Positions 52,701-63,423 of a stretch of DNA of 64,000 nt are shown here, piece after piece. The notes beneath the pieces were generated by a model. The model ran no database searches, was not told where the DNA came from, and saw nothing but the letters and a program-made list of their open reading frames with translations. Source of the stretch: an uncultured Verrucomicrobiae bacterium (lineage in GTDB: Bacteria > Verrucomicrobiota > Verrucomicrobiia > Chthoniobacterales > Chthoniobacteraceae); the NCBI GenBank assembly GCA_963828525.1, contig CAWHEP010000009.1, forward strand, positions 160,001-224,000, given 5' to 3'. The position numbers and the translations under genes are program-made. Positions within the stretch are counted from its first letter, which is position 1. Every line of letters starts with the position of its first letter.

Positions 52701-55530
52701 AACTCGCTGACTTTCGTAAGTTCCTGCTCGCTCTTGTAAGTCAGCGCGCCGCCCGCGCCCTCCTGACGGACGACGTTCCACTTGATCTTTTTGAGAACCA
52801 CCGAGGCTTGGACAGGGCCATCATGCGAGGAATGGTCGGCATTGAATGCCACCAGAATAACCGGGGCCTTCTGCCCGGTTGTGAGAACGTCCGGAAAGCT
52901 CTTCAACCCGAGGTAAAAGTCGGAACTCTCCTGCGTAAATTCGGCTCGCTCGGAAATAGTTTGTTGATTCAGGTCGGTGATCTCAACAAGGAGGTTCCCG
53001 GAACGCGGTTGTGGCTTGCCGGGCGCGAAAGCCATGTTGAGAGCAAGGCCGGCCTTGCCACCTTCATCCAAGTTCGCCTGGCCCTGCTGGAACGCAGAAC
53101 CCTCCTCGCTCTCGCTGCCGGCGTCCGAAGAGCCAAACACAAACCCATCCAACTCCGGCTCATCGAAAGGAATGTCGCGCGTTCGCAGCGACCAATGCAT
53201 CTTCGCCTTGGAGAGGGATTTACCAAAGAGATATTTGGCTTCAACCTGGACCACGGGTGTCTCGCCCGCCACATAGGACGGCTTTGCGTTGAGTTTGACT
53301 TCGAAGCTGTTTGGCTTGTACTGCTCGACACGCCAAGAAAACCAATGGGAGTTATGGGGGTCGTTATCCAGCCAAAGATTGCCCTGACAGGAGCCGAGAA
53401 CGTCCGGCATCACCACCGCCTCTGAGTACGAACCCAGCCGCGAGAGCGTGAACTCTTTTTTCAGGAATGTCTCTCCACGCGGGTTACGAAGTTCGAAGTG
53501 GCCCTTCAACCCGGCTGGCAACGTCCAAGTTGCGCCGTCCCGCTCCCTTGCAATGATCTCAACGTGGAGCGTCTCCCCGGGCTGATACACCGGCCGATCC
53601 GTGAAAATCATGACCTCCTGCTTTCTGTCCGCGCTGAAATCCATGGGAACCTGGAAGCGCCAAAGTGGCAAGAATCGGTCATGCCACGGCAGCCAGGGAG
53701 AGCCGTTTGCCCGCAGAGGTCTGACCTCCACGGCATGGATGTCCCCGTCCGTCTCGGCTACGAGCCAGCTTGCTTTCGGACCGATATGGACGCGCCCGAG
53801 GCCATTCCCGTCGCAACGGCCTCCGCCAGCGTTTCATTTTCTGAAGTTAGGACGTGAAGCGACACGCCAGGGAGCGGCTTGCCAGCGCTTTGCGAGAAGG
53901 CATAGACCAGAGCGTCGTCATTATGATCCTGCTTCAACGCAACGCCGATGTCGGTGACCTGCACGAGGGATTGGGCTCCAAGCGCCGCGCGCTCGTCGCG
54001 CGAGTCAGGTTCCTTTTCCGCGGCAACAAACACGGCCCCGCTTCTCCGTCCGCCAAGAAGCTTACTCCAATCCAGAGTCTCCACGGCCAGTTCATCGAGC
54101 GTGCCGGGACTGTTGAAGACTTTGTCATAGACCGTCCTGCCCGGGACTGCCGCGAAGTCCACTTCGCGATAGGGCTCAACGTCCTGTTTGGGTTCGTTTG
54201 ATCGCTTGTAGTAGCTCTTATATGCCTCAAGAGCATAGACGAGCGCGTCACGCGTCAGAAGCTTTGCGCGGACACGAACATCGCCGGCGTTCACCGCGCG
54301 GAACTGAAACTCGCGTTTTCCGCCGCTGAGTTGCTCCGTGGAAAACGCGGGAAAATAGATGCGAGGCGGGAGAGGCGTGAACGCGAATTGCCTGGAAACA
54401 GTTTGCTCAAGGACGAAAGGTTCCGCGGCGGGCAGACCAGGCCTCACGCGCGCTGTGTAACGTTCTTCCAGTGTGAAGTCCCCGCGGAGAGTGATCTCGC
54501 CTTCCTCAATGGTCGCGGCGAGATTCGCGACGTGGGGTTCGATGCTGATCCACTTCAGAGCCGAAGTCGCATCGATCTCTGGAGATACTTTTTTGGAGAA
54601 GGCGAAGGTAACGCTTCTCTCCCTTCCCAGCGTTTCGCTCGATATCGCGCTATTCGGGATCACGTCCTTGAGAGTAAACGGCAAGACATTCCCGATACTT
54701 ATCTCGAAATCCGCAGCCAGATGCCCCTCGGCGGCTGGCATCTCTTTTCCGATGTGGAGATGCCAGCCCGTGCCCAAAGGAAGAGGCCGGGAAGGGGTTA
54801 TCGTCAGGAGCGACGGGATGGCTTCCGTGGGCTCGTTCTGAGAGCCATCCCCGTCTTCTTCATCGTAGCGATTCAGGCGCTTACGGGCTGGCCTTCCGTG
54901 AGCCTCATCGAACCGTTCCTTCCAAGTTTCCAACTTGCGAAACTCCCATGGGAAGCTGGAATTATCCGTGCCCTGGGTGACGAGGGCGGGCACTTCGACG
55001 CCATGAGCATCACGGAACACGGCGTAAGGCCTGGCGCCCCCCGCGTCCACGGCAACGTTGAACTGAATATGGATTACCGGATTCGAAGAAGCGTTCTCGA
55101 GCTGTTCTTTTTCGTACTCGGGGTGGGTCCCGATGATCGCGACGGGCGGAGTGGAAAAAGAGCGATCCAATCTCGCGTTGAGAGGTTTCCCATCGACACC
55201 CACGAGATTAGGATTCAAAGAAGCGCGGTAAGTTGTTCCCAGCAGGGGCGGTTCGCTTGGGGTGAAGACCCCGCCGCGCTGGCTTAACCACGTGAACGCC
55301 CCAGAAAGAGAGGGCGAGAACACCAGCGGACAGTCGCTCGCGGGCGCTCCAACTTGCTCCGGTTTAATGATGGCCTCGTCAAATCGCAGCTCGAATGTGG
55401 TTGTCGGCTCCATGTTCGAGGAAGAGAGAATAAGTTTCGCGCCTCGTTCAACGCTCACCTCATCGGCGCGCGCCGCAAGGGATGCCATGATAAACGCGAT
55501 GGCGAATAAGAATCTGAACGGGGTGTTCAT
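49784..55530 (-). CDS. Bacterial alpha-2-macroglobulin; apparent -1 indel near 53812
   Basis: TDRPVYQPGE, AVDEGVL, thioester YPYGCVEQ and EEMYHPE motifs. ORF 53758-55530 supplies the signal peptide and N-terminal domains. Confidence 0.92.
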
Positions 55531-55708
55531 GTGGGGAATTGGTGTTTGTTCGAGGAGGTTGACTGCCAAGCGGGCGGACGGATGAAGACGCGGGCGAACG
55601 ATGCCTTTGTATAACAAGGGGCGGCAAATGTCTCTTTCGATCCGATCGGAAAAGTGAGCGTCCGAAAGGAAGTGGTATCTTGCCACCCGCAACAGAGGCG
55701 GGTAGCGT

Positions 55709-58117
55709 GTGGTTTACATGCAGCGGCGACGCAGGCGAACCCCCACACTAGCGCCAGCTCTCGTCACTACTCCACCGACTGTGTCCGCCGAGAGGGTGCG
55801 GGCGCTGCGGGAGAAGGTGGCGCGGCGCGCCGCGCTTACGATTTGCGGTTCGCTGTTGATCACCGCTCCGCTGCTGTTCGGCTCGGTGGATCGCGTGTTC
55901 CAGATAGCGCTTACCCTTTTATTAGGGACCGGTGTTCTCATCGCGCCGCCTGTCATCATCTGGCCACGGGGATGGGTAAGGGCGGCGACCCTTTTTCCGG
56001 CCGGGTTGATACTGTTCAAAGAATTCGGACCCGCCTCGTTGTTTGGGGCGACCTCCTGGCGCATGACGCTGTCGCAGAGCTTCGCAGTCGTGTTCCCTTG
56101 GACTCACAATCCGGAACCAGGCCGGGCTTTGGACGCGCTGTTGTCCGCCGCCATTGCGGGCGTGTGGTTCATCTGGGTTCGAAGCCTCGCCGCCAAACGG
56201 GAAAACAGAGTGGTGATCGCATGGACGCTCCTGCTGGCGGCGGCCACCCTGGCCATCGTTTGTTTCGCGATGGGGCAGAGTTCCTCATCAATGATCTATG
56301 GCATAAGGGAAACCCCGGGCTGGAGGGGATATGGGCCATTCCCAAATCGCAACCATACAGCGTGCTTCCTCGCGATGGGCGCCATGATGGGTTGCGGCAT
56401 GATTACCCGCGCGGCGGCGCGAAAGAATCCGGCGGCACTCTCTTTCTCAATCATCCTTCTGGGTCTGATCTTCGTGGCTATGCTCTGGAGCGGTTCTCGA
56501 GGCGGCCTGATGGCCTTCGGCGCGGGATTTCTGATCTTCGGCGTGATCTGCATCGCGAAGGCTCCGGGATGGAAGGGGATCGCTGCCGCGGTTGGAGGGT
56601 TGCTGATCGTCGGCACGCTCCTGCTGGCATTCGGCTCGACCGTGACGCATCGCTTTGGACGCGACAGTGATTTGCAGACGAATCTACGCTGGGACGTATG
56701 GAAGGATACGCTCTCCATGTGGAAGGACGCGCCTCTGCTGGGACACGGGTTGGGGACTTTCCCGCAAATCATCCCTATTTACCAAACGATGAAGCTGGAG
56801 GATCAGGTGATCCTGCACCCGGAGAGCAGCTGGCTGGGGTTCCTCGCGGAACTCGGGGCGCTTCCGCTATTCTGCCTCGCAGCCGGCTTGCTGGTGTTCC
56901 TGTGGCGCAATGTCTCGGCCATGTTTAGTCCCCATCGCCCGGGGTTCCACATCTCCGCCGCCTGTGTTGCAGCGGCGTGCGTTCTCCTCATTCATTCGTT
57001 CTGGGATGTTCCGGCACACCGCTGGCCCACCGCCGGGTACGCCTTGGCGGCGCTCGCCATTGCCTGCCCAACGGGAACAAGAAAGCCGCCCACCGCGGGC
57101 AGCCGGAAGCTGGCATTTCTACCGTTCGCTATCGGGCTTCTGTGGACGGTTCCACTCTTATGCGGGTGGCCTCCCTCTTCTCCGGTCGCGCTCGCCGGCT
57201 TGCTGAACCGCACTGCGACAACAACCGGAGTGGGAGTGCCCGAACTGGAGAGATCGCTGAGACTTTACCCTCTCAGCCCTGATCTGCATGAGGCAATCGG
57301 CGTACGAGAGATTCAAAGCGGCGACGCCGAATCAGCATGGTCGCATTTCAGGATCGCCGATCGACTCCGCCCGAGCATCTGGGAATTGCCGGCCGAACAA
57401 GCGGAGGCAAGCCAAAATTTTTCGCGCGGAATGGCCTTCCATTTCTGGACTTTGGCCATCGAACGCTCCGGCCACCGCGCGGCAGAGGTGCTGGACATGG
57501 CCTGCCGGGAAACGACAGACATACCGGGCGCCGCCTCTTTTTGGAACGCGTATGTCGAGACCAACCCGTCGCTTTGCCTGAGATACGCTCAGCAGTGCCT
57601 CGGGGAAAAGGGGCGCCGCTTTTACAATCTTTGGTGGGCAGCGCGGGGCCTGAATCCGACTCCGGAGCAGTACGAGGTGGATGACTTCTATCGCAGCGTC
57701 TTGAAATGGGGCACGGAAGAACAATTCTCGGCATGGATGAAGGTCCATCCAGACTGGCAGGCGCGCGACTACAAGGAGTGGGCGTCCTCTCTGCACTATT
57801 GGGGCAAAGACGACGAAGCATGGAAAGTCCTCTCCGAAGTGGTTAAGGAACCTGAGTACCCTGTCGCGCAAACCTCGGGTGATCTCCCTCATCTGGAAAC
57901 GCGGTGGTCGCGTGACCCAAGTGATTTTCTGAACGCGCAGCAACTGGCGGGCGCGTTGCTTAAAACGGGAAACAAGGGAAAAAGCGGTGAGATCGTGATC
58001 GGAGTGGCGCGCGCGCCGGGCGCCCCGGAGTGGTTCATCAACAAGGCTGCTTACGTGGAAGCCGCTAATCAGCACTACAAGGAAGCTGTCTCCACACTGC
58101 TGAGAGCCGCGCGGTAG
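55709..58117 (+). CDS. O-antigen ligase (Wzy_C) family membrane protein with helical C-terminal extension
   Basis: Many TM helices; GPFPNRNH, SGSRGG, PLLGHGLGTF and HPESSWL motifs. Confidence 0.85.
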   Translation: MVYMQRRRRRTPTLAPALVTTPPTVSAERVRALREKVARRAALTICGSLLITAPLLFGSVDRVFQIALTLLLGTGVLIAPPVIIWPRGWVRAATLFPAGLILFKEFGPASLFGATSWRMTLSQSFAVVFPWTHNPEPGRALDALLSAAIAGVWFIWVRSLAAKRENRVVIAWTLLLAAATLAIVCFAMGQSSSSMIYGIRETPGWRGYGPFPNRNHTACFLAMGAMMGCGMITRAAARKNPAALSFSIILLGLIFVAMLWSGSRGGLMAFGAGFLIFGVICIAKAPGWKGIAAAVGGLLIVGTLLLAFGSTVTHRFGRDSDLQTNLRWDVWKDTLSMWKDAPLLGHGLGTFPQIIPIYQTMKLEDQVILHPESSWLGFLAELGALPLFCLAAGLLVFLWRNVSAMFSPHRPGFHISAACVAAACVLLIHSFWDVPAHRWPTAGYALAALAIACPTGTRKPPTAGSRKLAFLPFAIGLLWTVPLLCGWPPSSPVALAGLLNRTATTTGVGVPELERSLRLYPLSPDLHEAIGVREIQSGDAESAWSHFRIADRLRPSIWELPAEQAEASQNFSRGMAFHFWTLAIERSGHRAAEVLDMACRETTDIPGAASFWNAYVETNPSLCLRYAQQCLGEKGRRFYNLWWAARGLNPTPEQYEVDDFYRSVLKWGTEEQFSAWMKVHPDWQARDYKEWASSLHYWGKDDEAWKVLSEVVKEPEYPVAQTSGDLPHLETRWSRDPSDFLNAQQLAGALLKTGNKGKSGEIVIGVARAPGAPEWFINKAAYVEAANQHYKEAVSTLLRAAR

Positions 58118-58232
58118 AATAAAGGCGAGGCTGGCAGGAGGGCCGCGCCGCCACAGCATCCGGCAAATTGATGGGAGGGATTGCGTTTTCCTCGGCATGC
58201 CCCTAAAAAGCAGGCCACACAAATAAAGGCCC

Positions 58233-58880
58233 ATGCACGATTCCTTACAACATTTCATCCTCATCTGGTTTGGCTGGGTCCGTGACGGCGGCTATATAGG
58301 CATCATTGCCCTCATGGCGATGGAAAGCTCCGTGCTTCCGGTGCCCAGCGAGATTGTGATCCCGCCAGCGGCTTACTGGGCTTTGCAGGCGGGGGGGCAT
58401 ACGAGCATTGCGGGAGTGATACTTGCCGGCACTTTCGGCTCGTGGCTCGGGTCCGCGCTCAGCTACTGGATATCACGATGGGCGGGGCGGAGCATCGTAA
58501 CAGGATACGGTCGCTACATCGCGCTGAGCGAGACCAAGCTCCTGATGGCAGAACGCTGGCTTCACCGTTACGAAGCGGGGGGTATATTCTTTGCGCGGCT
58601 CCTTCCGGTGATCCGCCATCTCATCTCGATCCCTGCCGGGCTTGTGAGAATGAACTTCGGCCTGTTCAGCGCAATGACGATCATTGGCTCCGCGCTCTGG
58701 TGCGGCGCGCTCGCCTGGTTTGGGCAGCAGGTGATCGGCTCTGATCCGGCGCTGCTCAATAATCCAGGCCAGCTCCTTCACACGCTGAGCAGCAAGTCCC
58801 ACCTGATCGCGGCAGTCGTTCTCGCCCTGGGGCTGCTTTACTTCGTTGTATTAAAACTCACTGCTCCCAAGGGTCGATAG
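58233..58880 (+). CDS. DedA family membrane protein
   Basis: ESSVLPVPSE and ARLLPVIRHLISIPAG motifs. Confidence 0.93.
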   Translation: MHDSLQHFILIWFGWVRDGGYIGIIALMAMESSVLPVPSEIVIPPAAYWALQAGGHTSIAGVILAGTFGSWLGSALSYWISRWAGRSIVTGYGRYIALSETKLLMAERWLHRYEAGGIFFARLLPVIRHLISIPAGLVRMNFGLFSAMTIIGSALWCGALAWFGQQVIGSDPALLNNPGQLLHTLSSKSHLIAAVVLALGLLYFVVLKLTAPKGR

Positions 58881-58898
58881 AGCTAGCGAGATTATACG

Positions 58899-59663
58899 CT
58901 AGGCGAACGCCGCTCGCGTCGAGAGCAATTCGTAGGAAAGAACGCTTAAGCAGTAGATCGCGGCGGTTTCCGTTCGCAGAACAATCGGCCCGAGTGTAAT
59001 CGGGAGACATCCGAAGCTCCTTGCAAGCGAGGATTCAGCCGGGGTGAAGTCACCTTCAGGGCCAATCAGAATCAGAACCTTGGAGGGCGGGCGCTGACGC
59101 CCCGCCGCGTGATTTTCCAGAACATCTTTCAGATGCGCGGCATCGGATTGCAGCGAAGCGATGAGCATGAGGTCGAAGGCGTCGTGATTTTCAAAGAAAT
59201 CCTTCAAGCGGCTCGGAGGCAGAATAGCCGGAAGCCAGTTCTGGCCGCACTGTTTGGCGGCTTCGATGGCGATGGTCGTCCATTTTTCCTGCTTTGCGGG
59301 CGCCTCACCCGCCTCGTAATGGACCACCGCGCGCTCTGAAACGAGAGGAGCAATGACGGAGGCTCCAAGCTCGGTCGCTTTCTGGATGATCAAGTCCATG
59401 TTCTTCCCCTTCGGAATCGCCTGGCCGAGAGTAATCTCGCAGCGCACCCGCGGGCTCTTCGAATGGTGCAGGCGCTTCAGCGTCACCTCGTGCTTATGGA
59501 TACCCGTGATCTCCGCTGTGGCTTCCGCGCCGCGACCATCAAAAACGACCACACGATCGCCCTGCTTCAGGCGGACTACGTCAAGACAATGGCGCGCTTG
59601 CGCAGGATCCAACCACAGATGATCGAGATTCCAGCTTTCCGGAGCGATGTAAAAGCGGCGCAT
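58899..59663 (-). CDS. rsmE: 16S rRNA m3U1498 methyltransferase
   Basis: QKATELG, EAAKQC, IGPEGDF and LGPIVLRTETA motifs. Confidence 0.95.
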   Translation of the reverse strand: MRRFYIAPESWNLDHLWLDPAQARHCLDVVRLKQGDRVVVFDGRGAEATAEITGIHKHEVTLKRLHHSKSPRVRCEITLGQAIPKGKNMDLIIQKATELGASVIAPLVSERAVVHYEAGEAPAKQEKWTTIAIEAAKQCGQNWLPAILPPSRLKDFFENHDAFDLMLIASLQSDAAHLKDVLENHAAGRQRPPSKVLILIGPEGDFTPAESSLARSFGCLPITLGPIVLRTETAAIYCLSVLSYELLSTRAAFA

Positions 59664-59668
59664 GGAGG

Positions 59669-60829
59669 CTACTGAAAGAACGCCTTCGCCTTGTCAAAGA
59701 AGGTCTTGTGCAGCGGACTATTTTCCTCTCCGCAAAGCTCGGCGAACTCCTCCAGCTTGCGACGCTGTTCGGAGCCGAGCTTGGTGGGCACCTCCACCAG
59801 CATGCGAACCATGAGGTCTCCACGGGATCCGGAGTTTAGCGCGGGCATGCCCTTGCCCCGCAGCTTGAAGACAGCGCCGCTCTGTGTGCCCGCGGCCACC
59901 TTCAGAGTTGCCTGGCCCTCGAGAGTAGGCACTCGCACCTCGCCTCCCAGCGCGGCGGTTGCGAAGGAGATGGGCACCTCGCAAAAAAGAGCGTCCTCTT
60001 CCCGTTCGAATACCTCGTGCTCTTTTATGTGGATGACCACGTACAGATCGCCGGGCGGGCCGCCCCGAATGCCAGCCTCCCCATTTCTCGAAGACCGCAA
60101 TCGAGCGCCGTCCTGGATTCCAGCGGGGATCTTCAGCTTGATCCGCGAAGCGCTTTCGACGCGCCCTTCTCCGCCGCAATCCTTGCAGGGCCTTTCAATG
60201 ATTTGTCCGGTGCCACGGCACCGGGAACATGTCTGCGACACCTGAAAGAAACCTCGTGAACTAATGACCTGTCCCCTGCCCCCGCAAGCCGGACACGTGG
60301 CTGCCTTTGAGCCGCTTTCCGCTCCGGTGCCCACGCAGCGCGAACAGGCGTCCAGCTTGGAAACCTCAATCTCTTTTTCACAGCCGAACGCCGCTTCCTC
60401 CAGCTTGATCTGCATATCGTATCGCAAATCCGACCCGCGCTGTCTGCCGTCCCGATCTGTCCGCCCCCCTGCTCCACCGAAAAACTGCTCGAAAATTCCG
60501 GCTCCGGAAGCGGACGCCGTCTGTCCGCCCATTCCAAACACCTCGCGGAAAATATCAAAGGGGTCGTGAAACCCGCCTGCTCCGGCGGCGGCGTTGCCTT
60601 GCGCGAAGGCCGCGTGCCCATACCTGTCGTACGCGGCCCTTTTATCGGGATCCATCAAGACGTCATAAGCTTCGCCAAGCTCTTTGAAACGTTCCTCCGC
60701 GCTTGGATCGCCGGGATTTTTATCGGGGTGATATTTGACCGCAAGTTTGCGGTAGGACCGCTTGATCTCCTCTGTATCCGAAGTCCTGGTAACCTCGATT
60801 ACCTCATAGTAGTCGCGTTTGACAGCCAT
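59669..60829 (-). CDS. dnaJ: Chaperone DnaJ
   Basis: J-domain HPD, G/F-rich region and four CxxCxGxG repeats. Confidence 0.97.
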   Translation of the reverse strand: MAVKRDYYEVIEVTRTSDTEEIKRSYRKLAVKYHPDKNPGDPSAEERFKELGEAYDVLMDPDKRAAYDRYGHAAFAQGNAAAGAGGFHDPFDIFREVFGMGGQTASASGAGIFEQFFGGAGGRTDRDGRQRGSDLRYDMQIKLEEAAFGCEKEIEVSKLDACSRCVGTGAESGSKAATCPACGGRGQVISSRGFFQVSQTCSRCRGTGQIIERPCKDCGGEGRVESASRIKLKIPAGIQDGARLRSSRNGEAGIRGGPPGDLYVVIHIKEHEVFEREEDALFCEVPISFATAALGGEVRVPTLEGQATLKVAAGTQSGAVFKLRGKGMPALNSGSRGDLMVRMLVEVPTKLGSEQRRKLEEFAELCGEENSPLHKTFFDKAKAFFQ

Positions 60830-60832
60830 GGA

Positions 60833-61393
60833 TCAGGAACGCGCATCGGAGCCGGAACCCTTCGATACAACCACGTTGGCCGCTCTCAGGAGCCGGTCTT
60901 TCAATTTGTAGCCTTTGCGCATCTGGCGGATAACGACGCCTTCTGGCACGTCGGCGCTCGGCTCCTCCGCAATCGCCTCATGAAGATTAGGATCGAACTT
61001 CTGTCCTGTGGCGTCGAGCGTCTGGACACCGTTATCGGCAAGCAAGTCGTTTAGCTGCCGCATGACCATTTGCATGCCTGAGATGATGGGGGAGCCTTCG
61101 TTACCGGAACGGGCCGCATCCAGGCCGAGTTCGAAACTATCCATGATCGGAATTAAACGTTCCAGGAATCCGGCGTTTGCGTAGCGGACGGCCTCCTCGC
61201 GCTCCCTGGACGACCTTTTGCGGAAATTTTCGAAATCCGCCTGGCTTCGCAAAGCGAGGTCGCGGAAACGTTCCAAGTCGCCTTGCAGGCGTTCCAAGCC
61301 GCCCTCGGCATCCCCTTCCCCGCCTCCCGCGCCGGTCGCTTCCGCGTCGTCATCTTTGGGTTCATCGGTCGTATCAGTCATTTGTGTGCTCAT
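60833..61393 (-). CDS. grpE: Nucleotide exchange factor GrpE (start 61393 or 61381)
   Basis: ADFENFRKR, FDPNLHEA and GYKLKDRLLRAANVVV motifs. Confidence 0.95.
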   Translation of the reverse strand: MSTQMTDTTDEPKDDDAEATGAGGGEGDAEGGLERLQGDLERFRDLALRSQADFENFRKRSSREREEAVRYANAGFLERLIPIMDSFELGLDAARSGNEGSPIISGMQMVMRQLNDLLADNGVQTLDATGQKFDPNLHEAIAEEPSADVPEGVVIRQMRKGYKLKDRLLRAANVVVSKGSGSDARS

Positions 61394-62831
61394 TTTGTCT
61401 TATCGCGATCAGCGTTACATCATCACTTTGAGGGTAGGCGCCCACGAAATCGCGGAGATCCTCGGTTACCTTTTTTACAATGGCTGGCGCGCCTTCGGTC
61501 GCGCTTGCCATGATGGATTGGATGATCTTTTTTGTTCCGAATTCAAACCCTTTCCGATCAAGCGCTTCCGTGACGCCATCAGTGTAGAGGATGAGGCAAT
61601 CATTCGCCTCAAGTGTCACGGAAAAATCGCGCGTTACCCTATCGAATACATCCCCGCTGTCAATCCCAAGAGCCATGCCAGGCGGGTTCAATCTGGTCAC
61701 CGTCCGTTCACGCGCGGAATAAAGCAGCGGAGCATCGTGTCCAGCCCTGCATAGGGTGACGGTACTGCTCCCCTCCTCCAAGATCAAATATGCCATGCTG
61801 ATGAACATATCCTCCTTGATGTCGGGGTATAGCTGACGATTGACCTTGTGAAGAACATCCGCGGCAGAGCCGTTCGCCAGAGCCTGGCTCCGCAGCACAC
61901 TCCGGCACATGGCCATGATCAGCGAAGCAGGCACGCCTTTCCCGGAGACATCCGCGATGGCCACTCCCACGCGGTTGGCATCCACACGGATATAGTCAAA
62001 GTAATCGCCACTGACCTGGCCCGCCGGGATGTTAATGCCACTGATTTGGAAACTCCGGGAGTCGGGGGCGCAGGAGGGCAGAAGGATCCGCTGGATTTCC
62101 TGAGCGACCCGCAGATCGGCATCCATGCGTTTTTTTTGGCTCGCCTCGGAATAAATGAACGCGTTGTAGAGCGCAAAAGCGGATTGCTCCACAATGGCGC
62201 TGAACACAGCGAAATCACTCGGAGAGAAGCTCTTGCTCATAGGGCCGTTGGCCAGGGCGAGCAGACCCAGGTCCTCCTTTGCGTAACGCAATGGTCCAAA
62301 CATCGCGGAGCGGGTTTTCAAGACGGTGTCATGCAGGCCGGAGAGCCGGGGATCGCCCGCTTCCAGAAGCAGGGGTTCCTTCGCTTTCCATACCATTCCC
62401 ATCACCCCCTCGCCCTCGTCGACAGAATGATGCCGAAGATGGCTTTGTATCGCCACGGGAGCGGAGTCCACCTGCTGTAGTACGTGCGGAGGGACTTCCA
62501 GCAAAGGGGGACAACTCCGCGAGACGAAAGCGGGGCATAACGCCTTGGTCCCGCGGGCTGCCAGGTAAAGAGCGCCTCCCTGGGCGTCCAGAATCCGGAT
62601 CGCGTTCTCCACGATGATCCTGTGCAACTCTCCAGACTCCACCTCGCCAGTGAGCGCTTCTCCCAAGCCATGAAGGAAATCAAAGACCCGCTTCTCCTCG
62701 ATCTCAATTTTCTCACGGGATTTCGTGAGATAATCGATGCGCCTGCGCTGCCCGTTATAAATGGCCAGGAAGCAAGCCAGTTGAGCAGACGCTACTCCTA
62801 AAAATATTTGCGCCCACATCCCACCAACCAC
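61374..62831 (-). CDS. GAF-domain PP2C/SpoIIE (RsbU-like) phosphatase
   Basis: AQEIQRILLP, SGDYFD, ADVSGKG, AGH, YTDGVTEA and DDVT motifs. Confidence 0.93.
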   Translation of the reverse strand: MVGGMWAQIFLGVASAQLACFLAIYNGQRRRIDYLTKSREKIEIEEKRVFDFLHGLGEALTGEVESGELHRIIVENAIRILDAQGGALYLAARGTKALCPAFVSRSCPPLLEVPPHVLQQVDSAPVAIQSHLRHHSVDEGEGVMGMVWKAKEPLLLEAGDPRLSGLHDTVLKTRSAMFGPLRYAKEDLGLLALANGPMSKSFSPSDFAVFSAIVEQSAFALYNAFIYSEASQKKRMDADLRVAQEIQRILLPSCAPDSRSFQISGINIPAGQVSGDYFDYIRVDANRVGVAIADVSGKGVPASLIMAMCRSVLRSQALANGSAADVLHKVNRQLYPDIKEDMFISMAYLILEEGSSTVTLCRAGHDAPLLYSARERTVTRLNPPGMALGIDSGDVFDRVTRDFSVTLEANDCLILYTDGVTEALDRKGFEFGTKKIIQSIMASATEGAPAIVKKVTEDLRDFVGAYPQSDDVTLIAIRQNEHTND

Positions 62832-63338
62832 TTACTCCGATTGATGCAGATCCTGTTTCAGGTATTCCAGAACGTCTTTAAACTTCGTGAGATTTTCCGG
62901 GTCGGCCTCCACGAGCGCTTCGTGCGCTTCGATCATCGTCTTTGCCTGGGTGTCTCTGGCGACAGCCGGGCCAACCACATTGGGGTTAAGGGCGACGCCC
63001 GGCTCCGGACGCGGCTGACTGGAGCTAAGCGTAAAAAGCTGATCGAGTCCGAGATTGCAAAGAAGATCGTTGTTGCGCTCGTTGAGGTTCACCACGTTCA
63101 AACGACCCTGGCCGATCTCCCGGAGACGCAGAGCAATACCCGCGAGGGTTCCCATGAATGTGGAATCCATCGCCGGGCAATTACGGAGATCGACGACAAA
63201 TTCACGATGGCCGCGATTGACCATTTCCTTGGCGAACTCCTTAACCCCGGAACTGTTTAAGAACGAACCCTTTCCTTCGACCCGGACCCAGACTACCCGG
63301 TTGGCGCAGCCAACCAGAATGGAGGATTGTGTATTCAC
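62832..63338 (-). CDS. STAS-domain anti-anti-sigma factor
   Basis: VVDLRNCPAMDSTFMG contains the phosphorylatable Ser motif. Confidence 0.9.
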   Translation of the reverse strand: MNTQSSILVGCANRVVWVRVEGKGSFLNSSGVKEFAKEMVNRGHREFVVDLRNCPAMDSTFMGTLAGIALRLREIGQGRLNVVNLNERNNDLLCNLGLDQLFTLSSSQPRPEPGVALNPNVVGPAVARDTQAKTMIEAHEALVEADPENLTKFKDVLEYLKQDLHQSE

Positions 63339-63349
63339 CAGCGTCGGAA

Positions 63350-63378
63350 ACTATAGGTAGTCTGGCGGCGACCGTCAA
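63350..63378 (-). promoter_or_regulatory. Sigma70-type promoter of the STAS-PP2C-grpE-dnaJ-rsmE unit
   Basis: TTGACG-N17-TATAGT, 11 nt before the GTG. Confidence 0.65.
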
Positions 63379-63423
63379 ACCTGCTTCCTGAATGGCCCTG
63401 CGTTCCCATGTCCAAAAAAAGGA

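Noticed and set aside
52325..55287. Long plus-strand ORFs (366 aa and 318 aa) and many similar antisense ORFs in the track
   Set aside because: They lie opposite well-supported genes, have no motifs, and are expected in GC-rich DNA.
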